64,000 bases of DNA from Lingula anatina (Eukaryota > Animalia > Brachiopoda), in the NCBI GenBank assembly GCA_051362555.1, contig CM120640.1, forward strand, positions 28,358,503 through 28,422,502. The letters are read 5' to 3'. This document shows, in pieces, positions 1 to 15,200 of this stretch. How positions within the stretch are numbered: the first letter of the stretch is position 1; every line of letters starts with the position of its first letter. Under the pieces are notes generated by a model. That model saw only the letters and a program-made list of their open reading frames with translations, searched no databases and was not told the origin of the DNA. The position numbers and the translations under genes were made by a program.

Positions 1-99
1 AAGTGGAACATTCACATCTAACACACTAGTTTCTCCTGTTTACTCCCTGGTGTGATTCTGCTAAGAACTTATCATGGTAGAGATCTCTCAATGCAGTTC

Positions 100-880
100 T
101 ACTCAGAGTAGCAGCTGTTTATGTGTACCATTCAGCACACTTTTTACCTGTCTCTTAGTATTAAGGTATGAATGGAGCTTTAATTGTAAATCATGATATC
201 CCCCCCGATGTCCGTGGGTGAAAAAAAAATGGATAAAATGTCCAAATGTGAAGCCTTTAGTGGGATTTACCTTTGATCTTACTGGATGTGATGTGTTAGG
301 GCCATCTACCTGGAGAGCTCTCTGCCTCCCAGACACTTAATATCTCCTCTATTTCATGTTTCCAAGTTTAACCTATTTCATTTCCTTTCGAAAATGTTCT
401 TTCTGGTGTGAATCTAATTCTCCTATTTTTTTTTTTTTTTTAGTTGGGCATGTTTTCAGTAATATGATGAATTAGTTTGGTTTGAAATTTGCGAGCAAAT
501 ACCGTAATAGTGAAGAATGTCAGCCATGCTGGCATTGGGGCCTGCCCCAGGACATAGGTATTAGCCAGAGTGAGTCTGTACAGTGTTAGTGTAGGTAACA
601 ACTATGTAAAGCATGGGATTTGGATTGCATCTTTTTCGTCCTACACTGGTGTTGAGGGGAAGGATGATAGGCAAGGCAGAAAAACAGTGGTCAATTTGGA
701 AATACAGGATTACCAGCGATGTATATTTTGTTATTGGTTATTGATCATGACAGCTAGTGAATTGATGGATGATGGTTTCAAGTTCCCTCTTATTTCTTGA
801 TGCTGGATATCAGTTTTTTGGAGATATCTGCAGTGAGATGGGTTTAATATAAGCGTTGGTTTTGATAGCTATGGCTGGAA
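100..880 (-). mobile_element. Possible highly decayed Penelope-like retroelement fragment (RT thumb / GIY-YIG)
   Basis: Frameshifted minus-strand peptides: IKTNAYIKP (resembles the Penelope RT T.vY.KpT motif) and GRQRALQV..H..FGHF...HGHRGGYHDLQL (resembles the GIY-YIG GQT.R.L..R..EH...HF...H...DL motif). Many stops; recognised by eye only. Confidence 0.3.
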
Positions 881-1425
881 AATCATAAACACTTGGAAGT
901 AATTAGTTCTGAGGATGTTTCTGCAACATTGTTGATGTAAATACCCGGCCCTGGCAGTATATATTGTTAGTGATAACTCTCTGTGTGACGTCAGGGATCT
1001 GCCTGGCCAACACTTCACGGTAGCTCAGTAGTCAAGTTATAATGTCAACAACGGCACAGGAGTTGAAGGGCTTTGCCCGTCGGATGAAGGTATCTGTGAT
1101 GCGGCACAACGAGAGAATCAAGCGCAGCAGTCTCGTGCCGGTGTACATTCCGCACTCGTGGAGCGTTATGCCTTCGGGTCTTGCTGTAGCAACCAGCTGT
1201 AATGTTGTGTGTTCTGCTCCTGCCACAAATCACAGTACGTGGGACAGTTTTGATTGCTTACCGCATAGGATTTTTCAGTAAATCTGGATCGCTTCTCTTT
1301 GTCTTGATGCAGGCTTTAACAGGTTAACTTGTTTTTCACCTCACACAAAGACAAAATAACCATCCAAGTCAGTTATTGACATTTCAAGACATGCTCACAT
1401 AATTATATCTTTTTTTTTATCTCAG

Positions 1426-3468
1426 GTCAGCTTGGTCCATCGGAGCTGGATGCTATTCTCCTGCGGCTGGAGTCTGGTGTGGAGCTGGCACTGCAGAGAG
1501 CCAAGGCTTGGTCCAAGTATGCTAAAGATATTATGACATATGTGGAGAAGAAATCAACTTTAGGTAAGAAAACTTTGAGGTGACAGTATGGTAGAAAAGA
1601 TGGCATATTCACGTCCTTTTTTTCAGGAAGGATTTGATAATTAAGACTTGGGCAGTATTTAGACTTGCTTTGAATAAGAAATGTTGTGAGTCTAAAATCA
1701 ATTGCAAGAAAACCAAAAGATAAGCAGGCATTGAAAAGTCTGAAATACACTAGTATAAATGTGTTGAGGCCATGATTTCAGAATTTTAAGGGGGTGTTAA
1801 CTTGAAACCAGCCATATCAGTGCCTAAGCTACAGATCTGTAAGCTAGAATTGTATCAAGTTTGGAGCACAAGTGTAACAGCAGACTTCTGAAGAGCATTC
1901 CTAACTTTTGTATATTCTACTTATAAACAACAAGAAGAGTTTACATTCTAATGTTAGCAGCCCTGGATTAACTGTTCTGCTACTGAATAACATTGTCCCC
2001 AGGTATTTAAACAACTTTGCAATCAATCATGGTAGATGTTGATATGTTTAATGAAGAAAAAAGGGCTAAATGTGTATGTAAATACACATAGTTGTCACAG
2101 CCAGCCAGAAAATTAAAATATAAGAAATTATACACGTACAGAGAAAATTTATCGGATTTCAACTCTGTTTGCTTGTACCTAATATTTATATCTGTATCTT
2201 TCAGAATCTGAATATGCGCGGAATCTGTCAAAGATCGCTCAGACTATGCGGCCAGTGATCACGGAGGAGGTGAGTGTAAGGGACCATTCCCACGGATATT
2301 TGGATCGATCTATCTCCCTGGGGAGTCTCACTAAGTTGTTATCAAACTAACCGGCTTAAACATCTGTCACGCCTAGTAAAACTGTTAGAGGGTAATTATC
2401 TTTACCCCTAGCTAATTCAGTAGCCGTGACAGACATTTAAGCCTCTTGAGCTGATAGCAATTTAGCATCAACCCCCAGGGAATTAGGTCGATCCACATGG
2501 ATTGATCTAAGTATGGGAACCCAGTCTTAGAATATACGGCACTGGCTGCACTGTAGCCGTATAGACTTGATCTTTAAGTGAAAAGGTTTCACTGTGAGTT
2601 CCACATATCATAGGTGTTATTTAGGATGCGGGCACTATATTCCTTACATTTTTCTCTGTGAGGTTCACAGTTTGCTTGCCCCAGCACTTCTGTGTTTAGT
2701 ACATGAAAATATTTTAATGAAAGTAAATATCAACCCTAGAGTTGGAATGCCTGTTACTATCAAAAAGGCCAGGGTTGTCTTTTCCAAGAAAAAAACTAGC
2801 CTTTTCTGTGAATATGGTGTACAAACATGGGAAGGAAAGCAGATGTATTAGATAACAGTGTGTACTTTTACTTTCAAAATATTTCAGAGTATCAACATGT
2901 TCACAACAGTAACACATTCATAGTTGCCAACCTCAAGCAAATTCTTTGTAATTTTAGTTTTGATTCCCATTGTTTTCAGTTGTAAGTCTTTGCCTGGATA
3001 AAAATTTGTAGATTGAAAGGTTGGTAAACCTTGGCCTGCATATTTCTTAGTAAATTTGAATTACAATTGTATACATACTAGTATGTATTTATTTACATTA
3101 AGTTGATAAATGTGTGTGTGTGTGCACGTGTGCGTACGTGCGTGCGCACTTGCATGCAAGTGTGTGTCAGTGTTTCCCCTGGCTTTCAAGCTCTGCGAGG
3201 TGGTAGGCAGTCCGCGATCCCAGCAATACTAGGGGGGTCCGGGGGCATGCCCCCCCGGAAAATTTTTTAAATCGAGGTGCAATTTGGTGCATTTTAGGGT
3301 ATTTAGAACTGATTTTTTTTTACATTTTATGTGGCACTGAATTGTCTTGTTTTAGATGTTTTGAGGAGTAAATTCAGTAATGACATAACAAAGGTTTGGA
3401 CAAAATTTATTTTCCAGTCTGTGCATTCACTCAGTTTAGTCCTTTTCAGTTTATAGAACATACTCTTT

Positions 3469-3502
<34 letters not shown>

Positions 3503-5151
3503 AATACTTTCAAAAAAAAAAAAAAAAGTTAACTTCTTTAATACTTACAAGAAACGAGAAAAAGGGCTTACTACATTGAATTATTTTTAAATTGACCAAA
3601 AAGTTGATAAAATATGTTGTTTTTACCGATTTCACATTCTTTTGAAAGTAACTGGTCAATTGACTTTGCGTGTGGGAGCGCTTTATCCTAATATAAAACT
3701 GCCGCAAAAGTTCTCTCTCTTGTCGTTCAGCGCAAAGCGACTCCCGCTACTAGTTACACGTAGTTTGAGATGTAATTTATAATCAACAACTTCAAACACC
3801 ATTAAATGAATTCTTCGGAATTAAAGAGATGAAAATCACACTTATTATCAATTTTAGTTCTTCGTTTATTCATTTATATGGTTCTATTCAGTCATGGAAA
3901 TTCATATTCAATGCATAGGTTTCCACGCGAAATACTGACGTGACCCAGTTTTACAACGCTACTGCTTTCACAAAACTCACCCGTAAATCAATAGAAAATC
4001 TTCTCCAAGTTTATAAAATCAACGAAGTCCACTTTATTTGCTCCTTTTTTATCAGTGAATATTCGTAAACTATAAAAACAAACAACAGGCGGTCTGAATT
4101 TCGGAACATGAAGTGATAGAGAAAGTGTATTCTTGACACGTGATTAAATGGTGTCAAGAACAGTTGCCTCGTTTCGCTCTGTTTCTTTTACCTCAAATAA
4201 GGCACAGAACTGCGAAAACGAGGCACTCACAGGGAGATAGTAACTGCTGGTTATTTTTAGGCATACGCGCATGCGTCTTTCCGTTGCTACTAAATCAAGT
4301 GCTCAGAAGCATGGGATTACGTATGTAAACAGAAAATGCCATATTTGCTTAGAAATAAATATAATTTTCAGTTAGCATGAGTGAAAATATACTTTGTTGT
4401 TCCATATAGTCCAGCGAGGCGGTGCTTTTGACAAATTTCAGCGAGGCGCTTGCAAATATCAGCGAGGCGGGCGCCTCGCTCATTTAAGTGCAGGGGAAAC
4501 ACTGTGTGTGTTTGGTGAGGTCCCAGGAGAAGGCTCATATCTATCAACATATTAAACTCTTTAAATACGTCACTAAGCTTATGCTTCCACATAATAAATA
4601 TAATGAATAACTTTGGTCAGCCATGGTTCACAAATTTATCAGTGATGTATTTGGTGAAGATGTAAAAAAATTCCTACAATTACAAATATTACCACTGGTA
4701 GGTTTGAATGAAATTGTTAGCCATATTTTCCAAAACAGTGGTTTGATAGTTAGTTACGCTGATTTGAAATCTTAGAAAGGTGAGTTAAGTGTACTAAGAA
4801 TCATCTGCTTTTTGGAAAAAAAACATCAGTTTGCCTAGTTTTATGTTGCACAAATGAGTTCAAAAGTGACATGCTCCCCCATCTATTTACTTTTATCCCT
4901 GTAAGTGGCATGTCAGTGCCTTCTTTAAGTACCATCAATGTTTGCCCAGCACAGGTGTTAGAACTGTTGAAGATTGCAATGAGATCAAAAAAAGTGATGA
5001 AACCTCATTCTGTAATTGATCCATTTCTTTTGATTTCAGAGCTTTCTGCCCTTTCAATCTGCGTACTGTACAGCCATGGAACAGGTAAGAACAGACCATA
5101 GAAAATATACACATATTAATAATTACAAGGATCAGAACAACAACAACAACA

Positions 5152-5230
<79 letters not shown>

Positions 5231-6217
5231 TACACATATTAATAATTACAAGGATCAGAACAACAACAATATATATATATATATTACAATTACAAATTTA
5301 TTTCAAAAATGGCTCATGGTAGACAGAAAATGTCTGTATATAAGTGCATATAAACTGCCAAAGTGATAGTTTTGCTACACCTGAGGTCCCTGCACATACA
5401 TAGGTTGGTGTACACTCACACACAAACACTTTGTTTTCAAAAATTGAATCAGCTCTAGTTAGAAAATTGTTTTTAAAGTAAATGGTAAGTGCATCTGATA
5501 ATCTCTTCAATATTACGTCATTGAGCAGAATGAAAAATGTTTACAGATCTCTTGTTTACCACCGAAAATAGTTTTTTCGCCTTCACTAGTGTTGATGTTT
5601 AAAAACAAACTGAAAACCATCCATCCCACATGGCATTTTCTTGGGCTTTGTAGATTCTTCAAATTCCTATTGAAATAGACCTGCCTGTTTTATAAAAACA
5701 TTTTATCTATGCTCGCTAACTTGTGTACCTCACCTCTGTCCATTTATTTGTTCCTAAAACCTCAGAACTGAAAGATTTAGGACTACTAATAAATCCTAAA
5801 TGTGGAAATGATCAATATGTGTAACGTGAAACATCCTGTGTAAACTTACCACATTTAGAATGTACCAGAGAAAAAAATTCTCAGATTCGCAAAATCTTTA
5901 TAGTCATCTTTCATCCTGTGTAAAAGATTGTTTAAAGTTTTAGAGAAACCAGGCATCTTAATGTGCACATCATGCCTCAGTGGCTATTTTTAGCTGGGAT
6001 CAAAGTGTGTGTTTTGTTGAGATGCGAGTGAGTGGGTCTGAGTGCAGGACAGAGGAACAGCACCACCTCGCCACTGCAAGTGGGTGGGAAAAGATCAGAG
6101 GCTCGCAACTGGTACATTTTTGGCAACATGACTTTTAGAAAAGGTGGCTTTTATACTTAAGTCAACATTTCCAAATCCTGTGTGGAATATGAAGAAAGAA
6201 TACGTACTTGTGGTGTA

Positions 6218-6257
<40 letters not shown>

Positions 6258-9200
6258 CCAAGGTACTCCTCCCCTCTTTTTATCCTCGTCACTCTGACCC
6301 CCCCCCCCCACTCTCCCCACCATCACGATCACCACAGGCATATTATGATGATTCAGCTTGCAAGTGATAAACGTTGGAGTAATAATATTATGATTTAAGC
6401 TGATTCTCTTCAAATATCATCCCCTAAATACCATTGGGTGCAAATTAGTTTATTTTTAATAACTCAAAGCGATAGACTGCTGGCCAATTACAGCATATGT
6501 CAAAGATTCAAGTCTCATCAAAATGTTATCAGTCTGTCAGTCCTGAAATACATTTGGTGAATAAAAATTTTAGAAATTTCCCCAGTCTATCAGCCATTTC
6601 AGATGATGTATATTGGCCTTTCTCTTAAGAGTGTTGCATCACTAAACCCTGCCTCATTTCTTGTCCATGTCAGCTTGACTTTCCTTGAGATTATCATGGT
6701 GTAGGATCAAATTATCATCACGAAACTCACATTGGCATTTGGGTACATTTGCAATACAAGATGCACTTGGTGTGGTATAGGCGGTGTCCCGAAGACATTT
6801 ACTTGACCTGACTTGAATTTTAACCTGTCTGTAGTGTTCTCCCACTGTCGTGATTTATCAGCTTAAGTGACTGGATTAATGGCCCATATGTGGTGATCCA
6901 GTGTAAAAATGGGATTTTGTTGCGGAAATAACATATTTTGTCTTATTTCTGTATTTTCAGGACATTGAGTATGCCAATAACTACCAGGCAACGTGTACTC
7001 TTATACAGACCCAGAAGTTTATAGAGGTATGGTGCTGCTTGACCTTATGGTGATCATTGCAAAAGAGAGAGAGAGAGAGAGGAAAAAATGATTGAATGGA
7101 AAATGAAATAAAGTGAATGAAATAGGTAGCAGATACACTATAGAATATACTTAAAACATCTCGACTATTAAGGTTACATGTACATGTCCTGATTTGAAGT
7201 TTAATTCTCTTTGCATATTAAATGTTTAAGAGATTTTGGTGTGAAAAATGTGTCCTTGACCAATTTTCTTGGGAGTCCTTAATAAAAATGCATGTATTTA
7301 ATTTTAGTAATATTTCGATTAAAATGTTATTTTTGAAATGAATATAAAGTACATTGAGATGTAAGCAGTAGCTATGTACAAAAGAGGATTTTAAAATCTA
7401 AAGAAAAAAATTTTAAAAACAAAAAAGTCCCATTGCTTTCTAAAAGACACATGTTCATGTCCTTTTTTTTATATACTGATGTATTTATTTCTACATTATT
7501 ATTGTTTTACTTGATAAAACCATCAGAGACATCGGGTTTTGATAAGAGAATTGATCCCTAGCAGTGGAAGTAACAAAGCGACAACATAAAACAAATTAAA
7601 TGTGGAACCTTTATCATTTTCCTTACTGCAATGTGAACTTCTTTTGCTCTAGATATCAAAGTTAAAGGAGCTGGCTAGTATGAAGGTGATAGAGACAACT
7701 GAATTACTGTGCATTATGTTTAATACCTTATTAGATGTGAGCCTAGAACTAAAACTACTTTCTTTTACATTTATTTAGAAATGTTGTTTTTCCAAGAGGG
7801 TGATTGTTCATGGAAAAGATAGAAGCAAAATAAATTTACAAAAATAACAAGAACTTACAAATAATTTATTTTGTGTGTATTTGTTTGATTAATATTCTTT
7901 AAAAAGAAATAGCGAAAGCAGAATTAGTTTTAATACCAAATACATACACACATGAAGTGAAGCTCAAGATGTAAGTTTTCTTTGCCTTATTTAAAAGGTC
8001 AGTTATGGTAAGAACTATGAGGGAAAGACCCTCTTGCTGTCATTCTTAGACTCTATAGATTCCTCTTTTTAGTAAATAGCTGTTTTGCGGTTTTACAAGT
8101 ATAGATGTGGCTTCTAAACCAAGCTTTATTGCTTTCAGAAATTTTTATATGCATGTCAAAGAGATGAAAAATATAAATGAGGTTGTTGGATAGCATCTCT
8201 GTTCAATGGGGATTTGCAGAAAGAATTTAATAATTTCAGAACTGAAACTGTTTTAAAATTCAGAATAGATTGTTTAGGAACATTTTATTCAGTTGTTCTT
8301 TTCCTCCAGATAGTTTTAGCAGAATGTGGTGTATCCTTTAAACTCAAGCCCATTCCTGAAAATGATAACATTCTTATAGAGATGAATGTGTCAAAGCTAT
8401 GTTCATGTCAATAGTTTTGTGATCTGTTTTTAAAATTTTCAACTGTTATTATTGTTTTTCCAGCCACTAAATGCCAGAAGACTAGAGCATGACCGAGTGA
8501 GGAAAGGTATCAAAGAACAATGGGCCAAGGAGATAAAGAAAATGGTAAGTGAGAGAGAGAGAGAGGGAGGGGGGGAGGTAAGACAGAGACAGAGAGAGAG
8601 AGAGGGAGAGAGGATTATTTTCAGGCCTGTAGCTAGCAATTTCAAAAGGGGGGTTCTTTTTCTGAAAGGGTGGACCTTTTCCCATAAAAACTTCATGTAC
8701 CTAGATCAAATTTTACCCAGAGTGGACCTTTTCCCAGCAAAAGGGGCGGTTCTTTCGAACCCCCGAAACCCCCCCCTGGCTACGGGCCTGTTAATTGTGT
8801 GTTACTTTCCTAATTCATATAGTTAAATTATTCCAGGCTCATGGCTAAGTGATGTTTATTCATCACATATTGCTTATTTTTCACTTTCAGCAAGATGCAA
8901 TAAGTAATTTACGGAAGGCCCGCTCACAGTACATTGCTAGACAACAGGAATATGAAAAAGCCAAAGAAGCTTCACAGAAAGCTGAGACAGACACACTGCA
9001 GACCAGTGGGGGCTTGGGAGGGTCAGCCAAAGTGGACAAGAAAAAGAAAGTAGAAGAAGATGCTATGATCAAGGTAAAACATATTTATGTCTCCTCAATA
9101 ACCCAAGCGGAAGAATAAGTAAAGGACAAATACAAAAATAGTATTCGACCTTTTAAGACTGTTGCACGAAATACATGTTAGATCATACTTATGATATACT

Positions 9201-12200
9201 AGCACACCTCAAATTACCTGCAAATGTCACCTCCGTCCTTCCACACAACACACATCACGATGCATACAAATGACAAAACAAATATAAGATATAGAAGGTT
9301 TCATTTGGCCAATCAAGGATACTCTGAAAAAATGCAAACCCCTCATGATTGTTCACTTTTTAATTTTTGTGTGTTTATCTGTTGTGCAAGGCAGAGTAAT
9401 CAGTTAACATATTATGTAGTAATTAACAATCAGTTGAAATGAGGCAACATTGATTCTTGCATGAGAGATCAAATATTCAATCAAGTTCATGTTACTGTCC
9501 CTTTTAATGGTCATATTGCATTATTGGATTTTTTTTTTTTGGGGGGGGGGGGCACATTGTTCATGTATAGGTTGTCAGGTGATTTGTATAGCTTAAAACA
9601 AGACTCCGCCCTAAAGCTCAGTTTGCACACCTGGTGAAGACTTCTGTCTCCACTGAAAGCAAGCCTAATATAACAATTATTGTAAGTTGTCATTTGCATG
9701 TGGTTATTTGGTGCACTTTGAGAATATCACAGTATGTGAAGTGTCACAATAGGTAATATTCCAGCTTAATTATAGTCCAAGGTGGCGTTGTGAGTGACTG
9801 AGGCAAAGCTAAAATTATGAAGGAAGTTGTATTTAAGTTTTGATGTACTGCATATGTGGGATATGGGTTAAAACATGCCCTGTGAAGTACTAACTTGTAA
9901 GTAAGCTGCTGTATATTATAAGTGGCCAATGAGGGGCTAGGTTCCGAAAAACAGGAAGTCAACACATCACTGAAAACACAAGTTTTCAGTTATGGCTAGG
10001 TTGAGTTATACCTTGCCCGCTGCTTCTAATTAATGTACTGGTTAGAAATTGTAAGGATCAAGACCTTAGAGTTGTAACATGATTATAGTTTTATCCGGGT
10101 TGCTGCTAAGTATTGTATATTGACTTCTGACATTACAAAGCATGGTTAAATATAAGTTTGATACTGTCAGCCACGAGGAAATACATTGATTTAATATGAC
10201 ATTTGCAGCATCTCGATTTCGGGCAGCACTTGAACTGGATGGAAGTCCTGAATTTCAGTTGCAATGCTATTATATTCCATGGGTCACATTTGTTCTTCAT
10301 TATAGGAAAACAGAAAGACTTTGTGTATATGTCACTTCCATGTGCGTACAGCATGCCAGCCTGTGCTCATATTTGTGTATGATTTAGTAACTGACATATA
10401 TTTACTCACAGTGAACCTCCTGGTTCAAGAGCCCTTCATAATCCGTGCTAATGTTGCTTAGTTACTTGTATACTATAGGGCAGCATAAGCTTAACTTGAC
10501 ACGTTATTTCTGGGCAGACTGTGTGATTCATTTTAACCACACGAAGACAATCTGCCTACATGTGAGAGGGACACGGGAGGGATTAGATTGGCTTGAAGGT
10601 TAAAATTGTAATTACACAGTCTAATGAGATGATAACCATAAAGCTAAGTGGTCATAGCTATCTGAATATGTGGTCCTTGACAACTGGGATTTAGTCATGA
10701 CATTTGAGATGGTTAAAAATAAGATGTATTAAAGAAATTCAGAATTTCAAGAAGAAATGCAAATGTTTCTCTTCTAGTGTCCAAAATAAGACAGATACCC
10801 CATAAAATTTCTTTCATTAAAACTCCAAAAATGCTTTTCAAAGAGAAAAAGAAAGTTTGTGAAGTTCATGAAAGCACAGATATTATAACTGTTTTCTCTC
10901 AGTTCTTAACAAAATGTACATTCAAATGACCACTTATGATATTTGTTCATTGTTTCATAACAGGATGGAATTTGAATTTTACATAAGAAATTGGAATTGG
11001 CTATAGTCCAGTCCCTTTGGTCACCTGGGCAGACAGTGCATGGGTCACCTGTGCTGGTGTGGAGAGTAGTTAATATAAATGTGAAAGTTCAGGAAGTCAG
11101 GAATCGTAATTATATGTAAGGTCCAGACTGTCCCATGGGGACATGTTCCAGTCAGTATCTGCAGATATACTCTGTAGCTAATGCACCTACTGACCTATAA
11201 GGAAGATAATTGTTACATTAGGTCAGTCTGGAAAATAACTGACCTCTCTGCATAAAGTGGTCTTTAATTTGAAAAGTGTTTAATTTCTATAATTATCTGC
11301 AACTGACCTTTTCAATTCTCTCTAATTGCCACATAGAGCTAGCTAGGGGTCAGTTAAAATGACAAGTGACCACCTATTATGGTGGTGGTATGATGTCCAG
11401 TTACATTGTTCATAGGTATATTCAGAATAGGATGTCTGCCACTTTCTATATATCGATATCCTACCCCCTTTTCTTTGATGCAGTACTCCTTTCATTGTCT
11501 TTGTCAGAGCACTCTCAATAAAAGCTGGTAGTTATTCCTCATATTGGCAGTTTAGAGTTTGCATACAGCAGAATGCACTGATATTTGTATATATCCATTT
11601 TGCTGAGATATTGTTCTGATATTCTGATGACAACTCTTGTCACAGGTTAGTTGCATTGATAGTTTATCTTGAAGAATAAGACCAAATTTATTATATATGC
11701 TGAATTTATTATTCAGATTTTTTGTGGGAGGGGGTAGGGGCGAGAGGATAGATGTCTGAAAAAATGACAGTGCTATTTGTCTGTATAACTTATTTATAGC
11801 AGTTTATTTTGCTTTTTGCTTATTTTCATTTTTTTGGTTAATCATAACATATGGTCTGTGACAAAGATCCAACGTTGAGTCATGTTTTGAGGTACACATG
11901 ATAGCTAACCTCAAAAATGTACAGCTGTTGCGATATACATGTACCTTTATTTTATCATACTTAGTATATGTACATCGTATTTGCTGACAAACAGCAGGGA
12001 GATGGAATAGCTACAAAGTGGGCAGTAAAATTTTGACATTCAAAGTTCAAAGGGAGTGTTAGATGTATACGTAGTTACAGGGACAAGTAAAAGGAGGTTA
12101 AAAAGTAATGATGATAGAAAACTGCTTTCAGATTAAATATCTAGACGGAGACATTTCAGAATTAGAATTGAGCAAAGCCCTTTAGTTTTGGTCAAATGTA

Positions 12201-15200
12201 ATCAGATTTATAAAGAGATGCTAGCAGACAGAAATGTAAAATGTCTTTTTAAGAAGAAGCCTCCTTTATAACTAACAGTTTATGGACCTATTGTTTATCA
12301 CTGTATTAATTACCAAAATAATTATCAAGATAATAATTCTTTAAAGCAAGGATATTGGTGTTCAGAAATGAGTTAAGAAATGCATGTTATTGCATATAGG
12401 GTTGGCATGTGTTGTAGACATCACATAATTTAAGTACTTCATCTTTATTTGGCATCTTAGATTTGTAGTATCTGATTATAACCAAAGCTTGCATGGAGTA
12501 AACATGGGAGGGAAAGGGAGCCCCTTGAATGCTGCTCCAACGTGACAAAATGCAGAAACCAAGTGGAAATTGAGGATGAATTGAGTGCGTTGGGTTAGGA
12601 GCGAAGAAGTCTACATTCAAGTGCTATCGGTGCTCTTTACACCTGCCAGACATGACATCATACATACCAGTCCAGGTGAACTCATTCTGTGTATCTCGTA
12701 CTTTTTTTTCTCCACAGGCAGCTGAGGCGGAGACTACATATAAAGCTTGTGTTGTAGAAGCCAATACAAGACAGCAAGACCTTGAAAAGGGAAAGGTAGG
12801 TCTTGTGCTTGTTTTGAATTGGAAAAAATCTGCTAAAATATATTTTCAATAGTAAAACAGATAATGACTTAACTTTTGACCTTGTTTAATTATTATTTTC
12901 TTTTTTCTATAGATGTTTGTTGAATGTTACTTTTTGTATTATAGGGAGAGATTCTAACTCAGATAAGGGAACTGATATACCAGTGTGATCAAACAATGAA
13001 AGCAGTAAGTAGAGAATCATTTTAATATTTTGCCATAATATAATGACAACTAAAACTGTAAATATCATTGCAATCTTACGTTTAACTCAGTGTAAATCAA
13101 GCCAACCTATTTCACAATAGCAGTAATAACACTTTGTTTTATGATGTTATTGGACTTTGTGAATATTTGTTTTTAGCATAGTTCTTTTCGATACTGATGT
13201 CATCAAAGACACCAATACAGCAGTAGTTTTAATTAAAAGTATTGATTATATTACTCATTATGATGATTTTGTATTTTTTAAAATTTGTCTTTTCAGGTCA
13301 CAGTTGGCTACTTTCAGCTGCAACATACTCTGTCTGCACCAGCTCCTGTGCAGGTAGGCAGCCATACTTGTATTATGAGAATAAACTTTTACTTCCATTA
13401 CACTAATAAGATGTTGTGATAACAGTTAAACTTACTTAGACCTGGGATATTCTTAAAATAAACCACTAAATGACCACTTTGTTTAACATGTGTACAAGGT
13501 AGAATTTTAAGTCAATGTTAAAGTCCCTTTTTTAATCAGATTAAAAATTTATTTAATTTAGTCAGTTTCAAGGGCAGATCCAGAGATATTTTTGAGTCTT
13601 CCAAATTATCTTTTTTGATCCATTCTCCATTTTTGATCCTCTTCCGACAGAAAAAATTAGATGCCCTTCATTGTAAACTTTAAGAATTCTGACTTTTTAG
13701 AAGACCCAGAAGATGGCCTCTATCTGCCCCCGAGTTTAGTCTGTTTGTGAGTCAAGTCTTAAAAATAAAGGTTAACTTAAACAGCAACTAGATTGCCATT
13801 CAGTGCAGGATTGTGGTATATTGATATTTTTCCTCATTCTAGTACCAGACCCTATGTGAGAGCTGTAGACAGTATGAGCCAGGCACTAGGTATGCAGAGT
13901 TTGTCAAGAGGTTGCCAAACTCCAGCCATGCCAGAAGCACACAAGATGTGTTTGTGTTTGAGCCTTATACTCCAGAGAGGTTAGATTGATGTTTTTTGTA
14001 ACTTATGATTTACTGTCCTATTGCACTTTACTCAAAATGTAAATTTACAGTTGATTATTTTATTAGAATGAATTGTAGTTAGTGAACCTATTCACACAAA
14101 GACAAACAAACCTTAATAGATTAACTGATGTCACCAGGTGATGACCAATTGCTTAACCATGTCATGGAATTTTTAAGTCTGATGACAGTTCCTTTGTCAT
14201 TGTAGGTGGTCTTTTGGTTTGGGAATTTTGTAATGTTTGATGTAAGGAATATTTTCCAGGACCCTAATTATTGTAAGTTTTAATGTGAATCCTTTTAATG
14301 TTGTGTCCGCCTTTAAAACTTGTATATTATTTTCAATGAAGGTTTTTTGAACAACGGAAGAGAAGCAGTCAGTCTTCCTCAGAACAAACTCTTCCTGGTG
14401 AAGATGGCTTTTCCCCAGGCAAATACTCAGGTAAGTCCAGGCGTCTGTCACAACAACCTTGTACTATACAGGTACAACTGTACAACAATTCACACCAAAT
14501 TGAAACATAACTGATCCATTGTATTTATTCTTCACCATAGCAGTGTTTTGTTAGTATAGCTAAGAATCAAGAGGCAAATTGTATTCATATCAGACAGTAT
14601 GGTTTTGTGAGTAGTTAGAAATTATGAAACTTTTAAAGAAATGAAATAAGTGCTTAAAATTTGGAAGAGATAATCAGAAATCACATGTTGTGAAATTGAT
14701 CTCATAAATAACACTTTGTAAGAGCTGGAGATGAAACATTTTGATTCCTTTAGTAGGAAACTTACTATGGGCTAATATTTTTATATGCAGAGAATATTTA
14801 CCCTGCCTGCTTTTAATGTTTTCTCCCTGTGACATTTCTCAATTTACCATACCTTTGCTGTCACTGAAAAATTACACATGCCTCTGCCATTGAGTTCTAG
14901 AAAAATAAACCTTGAAAACTCTTCCCATTATTTATCATACAGTCACAGGATTTGTACATAAACACTGATTTTTTTCAGATAAATCTCGCACGCCCCAGCC
15001 ACTGAGAGCATGGGGTCAGCAAATACAAGGCAGTGACACCGAGAGTGCCAGTGGCGGGAGCAGCAAGTCACATGACTCCTCGCCATCTGCTAGTCCACAT
15101 GATATGAGGAAGAAGATTGGTCTCAGCTCTTCCATGGATGAGTTGGCAGAAGATGACAAGGATATTGAATTGGAAAACAGTAAGTATTGATATTTATTGT

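Noticed and set aside
1042-1281. 79-aa ORF in a GC-richer intronic patch
   Set aside because: No recognisable domain and no splice donor linking it in frame to the RhoGAP exons; probably decayed repeat sequence.
4935-5366. ORFs with YIYI / NNNN / VVVV runs (similar ones at 6095-6413, 28290-28511, 62279-62584, 63441-63674)
   Set aside because: They are microsatellite translations.
12652-12717. In-frame ATG extension (MTSYIPVQ...) upstream of RhoGAP exon 12718 as an alternative start
   Set aside because: It is short, overlaps the polypyrimidine tract and has no promoter evidence; likely chance.
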